From Octopus bimaculoides (taxonomy: Eukaryota), in NCBI RefSeq assembly GCF_001194135.2, contig NC_068990.1, positions 10,891,534-10,955,533 on the forward strand: 64,000 nt of DNA, written 5' to 3'. This document shows, piece after piece, positions 37,807-50,629 of the stretch (position 1 is its first letter; each line of letters begins with the position of its first letter). A model generated the notes under the pieces. The model saw nothing but the letters and a program-made list of their open reading frames with translations. It was not told the DNA's origin and made no database searches. Made by a program: the position numbers and the translations under genes.

Positions 37807-38394
37807 ACAGCGTCAGAATTATCTCCATAACATCATCTTCCTACACGCTCACATATGCACACACACACACGCGTACACACACGTATGCTTATGCAGAGGT
37901 ACATATACATACATATGTATGGATGCGTATAGATATGCGTATGTGTGTGTTAATTCTTCGTTGTTTGCAAGTGCACCGATATTTTTCACATGCACATTTG
38001 CATTATCCATAATTCTAATCTCTCACCACTTTTCATCAATGTTGCTTCAATGTTATATATCACGACCACCATCTACATCATCATCATCATCCACATAATT
38101 ATCATTCATCAGCCTAATTCATTTAACATGGTTGAATTTTCATTTTTAATCCTCTTCACGTTGCTAATACTTTTCCTTGTGCGCGTCCTCCTCCCTCTCA
38201 TCATCATCATCGTCATTTTTGCTTTGTTTAATAACATTTTGGTTTATTTTATTATCTTCTGTTGTTTTTATTGCCTTTTTTAGGGGAATAAGTTTTATTT
38301 CATTTCCTTCAGCCGTTCACTAATTCCATTACTTCCTTTCCCTTTGGGTATCTGTCTCTCTCCCTTTTTCTCTCTTTATCTCTCTCTCTACATA

Positions 38395-38452
<58 letters not shown>
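38395..38452. repeat. (CT)n microsatellite
   Basis: Directly visible. Confidence 0.98.
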
Positions 38453-38455
<3 letters not shown>

Positions 38456-39779
38456 TAGTTTTGTCCTTCATCCCCCATTTCTCTTTCCGACTGCCTTTCA
38501 TTCTGTCTTTGCTGGTTTATTTGTTTGCATACCTTTAACATACATCCATACACACAAATATACTCTCTCTCCCTCCCTCACCCCTCTCTGCCTCCTCTTT
38601 GTAAATCCTGCGAATCTATTTATGTATTACGTTGGGATTGCTTATGATTCCAGTTCGCATATACTTATTCTCTGGTTTCTTTTTACTTAGATTTGAATGA
38701 TTTCCCTCATACTCCGAGAAGAATTTCATCATCTATTTGAATTAAAATTTCTATTGGGGTGTGTCTATTCCCGTGGAATCCTCTGACACTAATATCCGGC
38801 AGTTTAATCGTGATATCATTTAATAGTTGTTTTAGTATATCCTAAAATATGAACACTTTCGTACTCTTTATGAACTTATCTAGTTTATTTTTTCTGTACA
38901 ATTCCTGCTGTTTTTCGTAATGTTTTGGATGTTATCTTTCGGGTGTAAATTCAGGTAAATATGAAAAATGGGTTTCATTGTTTCTTGCTAAACTCCATAT
39001 ATCTTGCAGTTAAAGCGTCTTACTTCATTTTGATTGTTTCTGGCCGAAAGAAATCTATGTTCTGCTTAAATCAAATCTAAGTTCCTAATCATGAACTCCT
39101 CAGCGTACATCAGTCAAGAGGATAGACTTTGCCTAATGTATAATATTTCCGCAAATTTGTTTGTTATTTCAACTTTCTTTTTTTTTTGCATTTGTTGGAT
39201 TTGTTGAATACCAAAAGTAAACAATAAAACAATTAAACAATTGACAGAACGTTATAAAAAAATGCTTTGCGGCTTTAATGTGGTCCATCGAAAAGAGGAC
39301 ATATGAAGCAGCAACAAAAATATAGTTACACGAAAATATTGCTTCAAATGTTTCCCTGATCCCAAAGATGAATTAAAACTGAATAGAGTGCAACATTTTA
39401 CGGATACAAGATAACAAGACGAACATCGAGGAAATGATCCCGGTTCTCACTCATTATACAAATAACAGAAGATCACAACCAGTATTAATATATTATGGTT
39501 GCGGGGCAATAAGAAGGAGAGAAACAGGAAGCGATTTCAAATACTTTGGGAGAACAAGCAAAACGTAGGCGATAAAGAAGCAGCATGTACGTGGAGGGGA
39601 ACATTTTACCAAGTGGATATTGAAATCTCAGTTCATCAGCTATGATCCGATGGAGCTACTAAAAGTACTCCAAGGACAACAAATAGTACAATAAGCTACG
39701 TGGCACCTGGGACAGGTGTCAGCCCATGTGATTGGGTAACAAAGTTATTCCAATAAAGAGACGCCTGCTCCAAAATCTA

Positions 39780-40575
39780 CAAGTCTCTTACCAAAAATGA
39801 ATGAGACCACATCACCAATTTTCAACCAAAACCCATCAACGTCTATGGCTTACCAAAAATACGCAATTCAAAAGAAATTTAGCATGCAGTAAAGAAACAA
39901 TAAGGTGAGAACATAAAATTACTACATCCAAAATACCTAAAACTCAGATCCAATTTAGCTAGTCCAGCATGCACTACCCACCGTCGAAGCAATTTTATTG
40001 ACATCCTTTTGAAACCATTATGTACCCACATGCCTAGCTTCATCCGGTATGACATCGACTTCCTATCCCAACTTCCCACAAAAACGAAATCCATTTCAAT
40101 TTCACAATTCCACATGATTTAGAAATGAAGGCGATGAAATACTGAGAAAAAAAACATAGAGCTGTGATTCCTAGTAGATTCACCGTGCTATTTATATTAG
40201 ACACAATCAAACTCATCCTTGAACATAACACATTTCTTTTTTTTCAATAGAAAGAATTATATCCATTTTAGAGGCAGCGCGATGGAGACGAAATTTTCAC
40301 CCATTTATGGAACTCTATAATCGGATACTTAGAAAAACAAATCTATAAACAAACAGAGGAAAACTACGGCATTGAATTTAGAAAGTATATTGAGGATGCA
40401 TGGAAGAGATACCTTGACAATTGCTTCATAATCTGGAAAAAATCTCGGTATACTCTGGAAGAATTTGATATCCTCTTGAACAATCTGCACCCAACTCTAC
40501 AATTTACAAAGATGAGTAGTACTAAATTACCATTTCTAGACATAATATATACAATAACGCCAACACGCATCAATA
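39780..40575 (+). mobile_element. Penelope-like reverse transcriptase remnant
   Basis: NVYGLPKI..SKEI; NFIDILLKPL..HMPSFIRYDIDFL; GSAME(G)TKFSPIY; GYLEKQIY; WKRYLDNCFIIW; LNNLHPTLQFT; KLPFLDI. The catalytic YLDD is decayed to YLDN. Confidence 0.88.
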
Positions 40576-41329
40576 TATATACATTTACTCTTTTACTCTT
40601 TTACACGTTTCAGTCATTTGACTGCAGCCATGCTGGAGCACGGCCTTTATTCGAAGAAATGGACCCCAGGACATTTTCTTTGTGAGCTTATTACTTATCC
40701 TTTTGTATGTTTTCGTTTGCGGAACTGCTAAGTTTTGGGGATATATACACATCAACATCGGTTGTGAAGCGATGGCAGGGGAGGGGACAAACGTAAACAC
40801 AAGGACATACACACACACACACAAATAAATACACATATATATATATACATATACATATATACATATACAGACATGTCTACATGTACTTAGCTATATATTT
40901 ATGTATGTATTTACGTACTTTTGTATATCCATATTCTAATGCGTAAATGTTTGGTTGCGTAAGTGAAACAAAATGAAAAAAAGAATTAAATGAAGGATTT
41001 CATGATGTGAGCAAAACTGTGATACCATCATCAGGGTCATCATTAATATCATAATCATATATAAAATGAAGAAAAAGAAAAATTGTTTATTATTGTTATT
41101 ATTATCATTATTATTGTTATTGTTGTTGTTGATGTTGTTATTGCCGTTTCTTTTTCTTTTTTTTTTTTTGCTGTTCTTGTCGTTATTGTTCGATGAAATT
41201 TTATGAAACGATGTCTAAAATCTATGAAAACTGACAAGACAAAGTTTTATTTCAAGCAAAACATTGAAATATGATCATAATGTTATTCTGCTGACAAGAC
41301 AAAACGGTGATTCACTTTTTAATGTAAAA

Positions 41330-41525
<196 letters not shown>

Positions 41526-42229
41526 TATACACACATACACACATACACATAAACACACTCACATACACACACACATACACTCAGATGCATACACTCAAAC
41601 ACAAGGTCAGAGTCAGTAGTTATACACACAAACCCAGAGTCGTAAAATATCCAAAATACAAATAAAAAGAACTTTTAAATCCACTTAGAATTCTTTTTGA
41701 AATACATTTATTTTCACATACATAGACTCACACTCACACAAACACAGCTACATGAATGTATATTCTGACATACATATATATATATAGAGAGAGAGAGAAC
41801 GTGATGTAATACATATTTAACATATACATATGTACGTATATCCGTAGAAATATGTACATACCTTTACAAACTATATAAGTATACAAACTGTTCATCCACT
41901 TTTACTAGTTTCATGTATGAGATTGTGCTCTGTCTGGTGCCCTATTTGTATAACATTGTCAAATATATGAACTCTAGATCATATTCTATCAACATTTATC
42001 CAGTACCTAATATCATTATATTTGTCGCAGCCTTCATCTTGTATTTGAAGGCGAGTAGGAAAATTTCCATAAACAAGAACTGCACATTTCGAAATCCGTG
42101 AACTTGTTTAATTTCATTGGGGGAAATTTTTGCTGACGTCATTACTAGGTTACCGGTTCTTGTTTTGAAAATTTATTTAAGTAGTAAAAAAATAAAAAAT
42201 CCGGTTCAAAATGTGCCAGAGAACTTCTA

Positions 42230-42540
42230 TAGATTTTATTGATTTCGGAACAAAGATATAACTTCAACTGAACCAAGATTTTTGTTCAAAACGAAAATTC
42301 AAATAATCAAACAACAAAATGTATTGTGTTCGATGCAATGCTAACTCTACCGCCTGGCGAACTTATAAATGAGAAACGTGGATAATCTGAATATCCTTAC
42401 AATACAATCTCAAATCGAGAAGTTCAAATAAAGTTCCCTAATATGAGGAATATAAAACTTTAAAAGGTACATATTTTCCCGATCCGGCTTATCCTTTATG
42501 ACACCTGTTTGTTACCTGTAGTATTCCTCATCAGATATAT
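42230..42540 (-). mobile_element. Probable Penelope-like 5' end (pLTR with degenerate hammerhead plus decayed ORF start)
   Basis: A hammerhead-like motif at 42497-42537 is followed on the minus strand by FELLDLR...KDIQII, which resembles Penelope ORF N-termini (recalled, unverified). Confidence 0.4.
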
Positions 42541-42724
42541 GAGAAACAGTAAATGTGTCGATGTATATGCTGCCTGTATTACTTATAGTGTTCCCTCTAT
42601 TAACAACCGTATAGCAACATTTTTCTTAACCAAATTACAACCCTATATTCTTTGAGGAAGTTGAAACCAGGTCAAGGTTTTTGTTGTCACATGCATACTC
42701 GTGGCATTCAGTTTCATGTTTCTA

Positions 42725-42749
42725 TGTATAGATAGACAGATAGATAGAT

Positions 42750-42836
<87 letters not shown>
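42725..42836. repeat. (GATA)n microsatellite
   Basis: Directly visible. Confidence 0.98.
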
Positions 42837-42838
<2 letters not shown>

Positions 42839-42878
42839 TGCATAGAGATACAAATATATATATATATATATATATATA

Positions 42879-43885
42879 CTAGCTGACGTACCCGGTATTT
42901 CCCGGAAGAGCGAGGCTTACCACTTCGTTTCGTTCTCATAACTGTTTCGCTAATCAAATAACAATATAAAGTATGTTGCCCTTAAAACGGTATTTGTGTA
43001 TTTACAGAGAATACCGGACTGTGTTACATAGGATCTTGTTTTTAGGAAATCCCAATAAGTTGTGAACACCCAAATCAAGAGGTCACTTAGTAATAACATG
43101 AAATTAGTTACCCGATAGTAAGCCCTGAAAAGGGCTTTAATGCGTTCCCAGAGTACATAGATGTAAGGAGGAAATACCAATAAGGTATGTATACGAATAT
43201 CGTGAAGCATGTTACATAAGAACAGGTTAATCAGTTACGAGATAATAACAATTCAAAGTAAACACTTCAGAAAAGGACTGTTTACGTTCCCAGAGAATAT
43301 AACCCTTAGGGAAGCTAGTGTTGAAATAGCTTTACAATGAATGTAGAAACCGACTGACATTTAGTTTTACTGTAGACGTACAAATAAATTTGTATATAGA
43401 TTTAAAATTGAAATAACTGTAGATTATCAGTACATTTACAACACTTACAAATATTACAGTTAAATAATAAATAGCTGATTATTTGATGAATCTTATTAAA
43501 TTTGCAGACAGTCTTGATAAACAACATTTTTGGTCTTTCCTTGTGAGGCATAAATAAATCCCTGATTAGGATTGGCGACTCTTGAGCATCCCACATAAAA
43601 TTAGTCATAGAAGAAAACTTGTTCCGCAAGGTTCAGACCTACCATATCGAATGTTGATGCTCATTGCACAAAGCTCAGTTTCAACGGAAATTGCAGGCGC
43701 TTGTACTAGCAAGGCACATCCGAGGGAATAGGTGGAATAGTAGGAAGGAATAAAGGCTCACCACTTTCTTTACCAGTCAAAGTTGTTCTCTCCAAGACTT
43801 TTAATATCACCTTCTTTTTTATAAGTCGTGTGCTATTGCAAAACTTTGGTGGGTCGAAGTTTGCGAAGCAGCATAACTGGTGCCT
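42879..43885 (-). mobile_element. Helitron 3' part: helicase C-terminus, 3' UTR and canonical terminus
   Basis: APVMLLRNFDPPKFCNSTRL...PLFLPTIPPIPSDVP..RLQFPLKLSF...YVGCSRVANP...GKTKNVVYQ. The minus strand ends CCGG-GAAATA-CCGG-GTACGTCAG-CTAG|T inside (TA)n. Confidence 0.85.
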
Positions 43886-43939
<54 letters not shown>

Positions 43940-44879
43940 NNNNNNNNNNNNNNNNNNNNNNNNNNNNNNNNNNNNNNNNNNNNNNNNNNNNNNNNNNNNN
44001 NNNNNNNNNNNNNNNNNNNNNNNNNNNNNNNNNNNNNNNNNNNNNNNNNNNNNNNNNNNNNNNNNNNNNNNNNNNNNNNNNNNNNNNNNNNNNNNNNNNN
44101 NNNNNNNNNNNNNNNNNNNNNNNNNNNNNNNNNNNNNNNNNNNNNNNNNNNNNNNNNNNNNNNNNNNNNNNNNNNNNNNNNNNNNNNNNNNNNNNNNNNN
44201 NNNNNNNNNNNNNNNNNNNNNNNNNNNNNNNNNNNNNNNNNNNNNNNNNNNNNNNNNNNNNNNNNNNNNNNNNNNNNNNNNNNNNNNNNNNNNNNNNNNN
44301 NNNNNNNNNNNNNNNNNNNNNNNNNNNNNNNNNNNNNNNNNNNNNNNNNNNNNNNNNNNNNNNNNNNNNNNNNNNNNNNNNNNNNNNNNNNNNNNNNNNN
44401 NNNNNNNNNNNNNNNNNNNNNNNNNNNNNNNNNNNNNNNNNNNNNNNNNNNNNNNNNNNNNNNNNNNNNNNNNNNNNNNNNNNNNNNNNNNNNNNNNNNN
44501 NNNNNNNNNNNNNNNNNNNNNNNNNNNNNNNNNNNNNNNNNNNNNNNNNNNNNNNNNNNNNNNNNNNNNNNNNNNNNNNNNNNNNNNNNNNNNNNNNNNN
44601 NNNNNNNNNNNNNNNNNNNNNNNNNNNNNNNNNNNNNNNNNNNNNNNNNNNNNNNNNNNNNNNNNNNNNNNNNNNNNNNNNNNNNNNNNNNNNNNNNNNN
44701 NNNNNNNNNNNNNNNNNNNNNNNNNNNNNNNNNNNNNNNNNNNNNNNNNNNNNNNNNNNNNNNNNNNNNNNNNNNNNNNNNNNNNNNNNNNNNNNNNNNN
44801 NNNNNNATATATATATATATAACAGAAGGAAAATGCATGTGGTTTATATATTTTTAATATATTTTAAGGAACAGAATAT

Positions 44880-45760
44880 TATGATAGTTTACCGGTTTCG
44901 AGTTTCTTTAATCATGACACTGAAATTAGTGAAAATACTGCACTTCCGTATTCACTTAAAACCACGATTTTATACACGTTGCTTATATGAGATTTTGTTT
45001 GTAAATAAACAAGGATGTACAAAAATCTAAGTGGAGGTAATTGGTGATTATTATTATTCGAGACAGAGGAGGCAACTGCACTGTTTTTGTTGGGTGTACA
45101 CTACTTTGTTGTTTAACACTTTTAGGGGAGGTTAAATTTATACTACTTATATAACGGAGTTACAAACTCATGAGTTAAAGTAGTTGAATAAACATGTACA
45201 AACTTGGTTATATGTTCATTAATTACAATATTTTACAATATTTACAAACACAAAAATTCGTTATGTGTTCATATTTAGGCACTGTTAGTATTTTTCAATA
45301 AATATATTTTCTTTATTTAATCATTCTTGTACAGAGATCGTTTCCTTGGACTGATAGATGGGGAAAACCCTGAAGTTTAGTTGGAGATTCCCTGCATATT
45401 TCACTATGTGTTCGTGACATGGTATCTGTGTATACATTGAGAACAGGATCTGTGTTTTATGCAGTGTAGTTCTCCGTCTAAGTGACATCCTTATTTGGCT
45501 TTCACAGTTATGTCCAAAATCTGAACAAGTTATCACATAAGTTAAATTTTGGGGATGGCAAGTGAAACTGGTCTTAATTGTGAAACTTTGTACTTGTTTG
45601 AAGTGGATTTCCGAACATTCCAGTAGGTTGGGACGGAGCAAAAGGTAGAGATAAGGTGAAACTAGGAAATTTATTTCCAATCCCTTTCTGAACAAACATA
45701 TAAAGCATCTTGGTCTTCTAAGATTGCGAGTCAAATGTAAACACGCAATCACGAAATTAA
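44880..45760 (-). mobile_element. Penelope-like GIY-YIG endonuclease remnant with 3' UTR/pLTR
   Basis: ORF 45321-45752: RPRCFIC...QSFTIKTSFTCHPQNLTYVITCSDFGHNCESQIRMSLRRRTTLHKTQI..QIPCHEHI..FRVFPIYQ (decayed NLIYxIxC..YIGQT..R...H). Confidence 0.85.
44887..44918 (-). ncRNA. Degenerate minimal hammerhead motif
   Basis: Minus strand: GTC-ATGATTA-AAG AAA CTC-GAAA-CCGG-TA-AAC. GAAA, the palindrome ACCGGT and the GUA triplet are retained; the CUGANGA box is decayed. Confidence 0.5.
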
Positions 45761-46058
45761 TGTTTCTTGAAGTATTAGAGAACAGAATTATTCTGTGTTG
45801 AATGATTTAAGTCTGTAATTGCCTTGTAGTACCACCAACAGTTAATCAGAATCTGTTTGACAAATTCGTAGTCAATAGCTCTGTAAGATTTGTTTCTCTC
45901 TGTCTCACACATTCTCTATCATACTCTCTCTCCCGTCTATCCCCCTCTCCCCTCTCCCCCTTTCTATCTCTCCCCTATCTCCCCCTCGCTATATTTCTCT
46001 CATTTCTTTCCTATCCATCTTTCTCTACCCGTATCCTCTTCATTCCTTATATACGTAT

Positions 46059-46117
<59 letters not shown>

Positions 46118-46889
46118 NNNNNNNNNNNNNNNNNNNNNNNNNNNNNNNNNNNNNNNNNNNNNNNNNNNNNNNNNNNNNNNNNNNNNNNNNNNNNNNNNNN
46201 NNNNNNNNNNNNNNNNNNNNNNNNNNNNNNNNNNNNNNNNNNNNNNNNNNNNNNNNNNNNNNNNNNNNNNNNNNNNNNNNNNNNNNNNNNNNNNNNNNNN
46301 NNNNNNNNNNNNNNNNNNNNNNNNNNNNNNNNNNNNNNNNNNNNNNNNNNNNNNNNNNNNNNNNNNNNNNNNNNNNNNNNNNNNNNNNNNNNNNNNNNNN
46401 NNNNNNNNNNNNNNNNNNNNNNNNNNNNNNNNNNNNNNNNNNNNNNNNNNNNNNNNNNNNNNNNNNNNNNNNNNNNNNNNNNNNNNNNNNNNNNNNNNNN
46501 NNNNNNNNNNNNNNNNNNNNNNNNNNNNNNNNNNNNNNNNNNNNNNNNNNNNNNNNNNNNNNNNNNNNNNNNNNNNNNNNNNNNNNNNNNNNNNNNNNNN
46601 NNNNNNNNNNNNNNNNNNNNNNNNNNNNNNNNNNNNNNNNNNNNNNNNNNNNNNNNNNNNNNNNNNNNNNNNNNNNNNNNNNNNNNNNNNNNNNNNNNNN
46701 NNNNNNNNNNNNNNNNNNNNNNNNNNNNNNNNNNNNNNNNNNNNNNNNNNNNNNNNNNNNNNNNNNNNNNNNNNNNNNNNNNNNNNNNNNNNNNNNNNNN
46801 NNNNNNNNNNNNNNNNNNNNNNNNNNNNNNNNNNNNNNNNNNNNNNNNNNNNNNNNNNNNNNNNNNNNNNNNNNNNNNNNNNNNNNNNN

Positions 46890-46926
<37 letters not shown>

Positions 46927-47040
46927 GTCACTGACGGCTAGGGACGATTTCTGAAATTGCTGCTCTATCTAATTATGCCCGGAAAATACTGAACGATGTA
47001 AGTAGAGGTGAATGATATTTATCCACTGATGCATGTTAAA

Positions 47041-47105
47041 TGCTTCGAGGCGTCTCTCATTCCCGATCTGGAGGCAAATAATGTAATCGTGTTAGATAAT
47101 TTCTG
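47041..47105 (+). mobile_element. Possible Tc1/IS630-type DDE transposase scrap
   Basis: CFEASLIPDLEANNVIVLDNF resembles W(F)E..LxPxL...xVIVLDNA. Confidence 0.35.
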
Positions 47106-47204
47106 ATATAAATAGATTGCGTTCATTTTGTGTAAGTTGGAACCTATTAATAGTTCCGCATAATGCACATATAATAATGATGGAAAGAAAGACTGAAAGA
47201 AATA

Positions 47205-47226
47205 AAGATTGATAGATAGATAGATG

Positions 47227-47310
<84 letters not shown>
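47205..47310. repeat. (GATA)n microsatellite
   Basis: Directly visible. Confidence 0.98.
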
Positions 47311-47311
<1 letters not shown>

Positions 47312-48512
47312 ATAGACAGAGATATGTATACATCCATGTATATATGTGTGTATGTACACAGACACACAAACACGTACACAGGCACACAGACACACACAGG
47401 CACGCGGAAAAATAATAGTATAACTAACGAACTTTTCAGAATTATGCGAGGATTTGTTTAAAGTGTTAAAAATGAAGTTGTAAGAGAGATAACAAGTAAA
47501 ACATCCTCATATTAGCCGCGGGTCACTCTGTAAAGCCACGCTAATGTTGAAAATAGCTCTTATACATATCTACTTACAATGTAAATTGAACAGGATTGGC
47601 GCAGAGGCTGGTTTAAGTGAGTGATGAAATAAAAAGAAAGAATATAACATGTGTGAGGAGTGAAGGTGAAATGATAAACATAAATTAAAGAAGAATATGC
47701 GAAAAGAATCCTGTGATATGGGCCAAGATATCAGTGCAAATATTTTATGTTATTTTCCTGCAATAACCGAGTATTTGATTTTTTTTTGCATGAACTAAAA
47801 ATGTGTACGAATGCAAAACAAATATGTGAGAAGTAACTTGACATATGAGTGTCTTCTCGGTTATCTCCTTTAAATCCATAAAGAAAGCGAATGTTGTTGT
47901 TTTTTTTTTCCAGGTATATCATGAATATATAATGCGTAACTGATATTTCGCTTTGCAAAGTAAAGTAATAATTACAATTTTTACGTGTAAAAATATGTAC
48001 ATTGCTTGGGAGAATTGACTGTCATGTTTGAACCATCTGCAATGTGTTCTACGAATAAAAAGTTTTAGGCAACATTAGGTCTATTCCCCGAATTCTAATT
48101 TACATATCATAGAAATAAGTGCGTGTATGTGGGCATATATATATATATANNNNNNNNNNNNNNNNNNNNNNNNNNNNNNNNNNNNNNNNNNNNNNNNNNN
48201 NNNNNNNNNNNNNNNNNNNNNNNNNNNNNNNNNNNNNNNNNNNNNNNNNNNNNNNNNNNNNNNNNNNNNNNNNNNNNNNNNNNNNNNNNNNNNNNNNNNN
48301 NNNNNNNNNNNNNNNNNNNNNNNNNNNNNNNNNNNNNNNNNNNNNNNNNNNNNNNNNNNNNNNNNNNNNNNNNNNNNNNNNNNNNNNNNNNNNNNNNNNN
48401 NNNNNNNNNNNNNNNNNNNNNNNNNNNNNNNNNNNNNNNNNNNNNNNNNNNNNNNNNNNNNNNNNNNNNNNNNNNNNNNNNNNNNNNNNNNNNNNNNNNN
48501 NNNNNNNNNNNN

Positions 48513-48548
<36 letters not shown>

Positions 48549-48629
48549 GCCCTTTAAAAGAACTCTGATGCTTGAGCCTTTGACCAGGCCTTTCACAATA
48601 CCCTTAAAACCAGGAACTGTCCAGCACCA

Positions 48630-49125
48630 TCAAACTCCTTGTCCCCATGGATATCACTGTCCACTTCAAAACAACAGGTCATTGTATCACTCACTTATCA
48701 GTGTGCAGCATTTCTGCTGCACGTCATGGATCCACATTTTCAAGGAAACGGATGGAACACGCTTTCATATTTGAACTCGGCACCATTTCATCGACATGTT
48801 TCCTTCTACTTTCTACCCCACCCCAGTTAATTCATTAGACCCTTTCCTATCATTAAGTTCTTCTCCCACCTTATCTTTAGCCTTCATTTCACATTCTGCT
48901 GTTCTTGCATCTCCTCCTACCATAACGTTTTCATTTTTACATTTTTTTCTGCGGCTCCTATCACTTTCTGTTCACGTATGCAGCTCACGTGTTCCTGTTT
49001 TCCTTATCAGATGCACCATTTAAAAAAAAAAACAACTTTGATTATGCAAAACTCTGTTGTCTCTCTTTAATTTCTCCTCTTTCAAACCTCTCCCTGAAGA
49101 AGGACGTGTCCGAAGTGTTGGATTT
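48630..49125 (+). mobile_element. Penelope-like element 3' end (GIY-YIG C-terminus plus pLTR)
   Basis: ORF 48647: VHFKTTGHCITHLSVCSI...RKRMEHAFIFELGTISS (HF...H...E...I..LGT.P motif), then a pyrimidine-rich UTR and a hammerhead-like motif. Confidence 0.8.
49091..49122 (+). ncRNA. Degenerate minimal hammerhead motif
   Basis: TCC-CTGAAGA-A-GGAC GT GTCC-GAAG-TG-TT-GGA. The CUGANGA box and stems I and II are intact; GAAACG has changed to GAAGTG. Confidence 0.6.
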
Positions 49126-49906
49126 TCCACAGTTCACGGAATGCATACTCTACACTTTTTATCGATTTCACTACATAATATAGCAAACGTATTATGTTGA
49201 TGCAGAACACCACCAGTCTCACTGGAGACAGTTTCATCAATATTATCATATATATATATAAATATATATATGTATATATATACATATATGTATATATATA
49301 TATATATNNNNNNNNNNAGTGTTGGATTTTCCACAGTTCACGGAATGCATACTCTACACTTTTTATCGATTTCACTACATAATATAGCAAACGTATTATG
49401 TTGATGCAGAACACCACCAGTCTCACTGGAGACAGTTTCATCAATATTATCATATATATATATAAATATATATATGTATATATATATATATACACACACA
49501 CACATATATATATATACTTATATATATATAAATATATATATATATATACACTTACACATATATATGTTCACATATATGTAAAAGAAAATGCGCACACACG
49601 CACACATATATAAACACATAAGAAGATGATAGAAAAATTAAAGAACAAAGATGGAGATGATGCAAATAGAATTTTCCAATAAGTAAAGCATGTTGGAAAA
49701 ATGTGTTTGAGAACGCTCTCCCACAATTCCTCGATATTTTGTGTCAAAATAAACTAGATTATTAAAACAAAAGATATGAGAAAGAAAGAGAGAAAGAGGG
49801 GAAGGAAAGAGGGAAAAGGAAAGAGTGGAATGGAAGGAATGATGTATAAGTGAAAGTTACTATAAACTTCAAACCGAATAAACAATGTTATATTGATATT
49901 TGTCAG

Positions 49907-50629
49907 AATTCTCTTGGTGTAAATGGAAAGAAAAAAATCGTATTCTAATGAGGTATGACCAATTGATAGAAGATAAGTGAAATTCCTCCAAGTGATGTGA
50001 GGTAAAGATACTCTTCATATTCTCTGTAGGCCGTTGGCTAACTTCTCGTTATTCATTTCTAATTTTCTTGTTGACTTTTGTCGTTGTTTTACGTTATCAA
50101 TAGCACAAAACTATTGAAAACAAAGAACAATTGCGTAGGAAACCCCAAACGCACTTTTGCTATTGAATGTATGTCTGCTATGATGAGTATGAAAACTTAG
50201 GTTTTATTATCATTCCTTACATTTGCTAAATCAATGGCAAATGAAGAAAAAAAAACGGTGTAAACTCAGATATTTTGAAGAAGGCCTATACAAATTCACA
50301 AGATAATTTCCTGTCTTTTCTCTTATTCTTTTCCATTTTGTTTTCATTTTCTCGTTTTTTTTATTTATTTATTTATTTATGAATTACATATAAGAACCAA
50401 TTGAATGAAAGAACAAAACAAAGTGTATCTAAGCTATAACCAGCAGCAATATTTTTCACTACTCTCTTCCTCTTCTTTTCATGGTTGTAAACACACTAGA
50501 AAAATATCTCTTGGGTATTGAAGCAAACAGATAAATGATCAGACAAATTTAGGCTAATAAATTAAGTTATTTTCTTTGATTTTCAGAAGTCAATGCGTTA
50601 GGGATTCCATAATAAGCATTGATGTTTAG
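49907..50629 (+). other. Candidate last two coding exons (49907-49952, 50587-50629) of an unidentified gene
   Basis: The splice sites join in frame to ...FSWCKWKEKNRILMR|SQCVRDSIISIDV*. About 900 bp of unique AT-rich sequence follows, with AATAAA near 51547. Confidence 0.22.
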
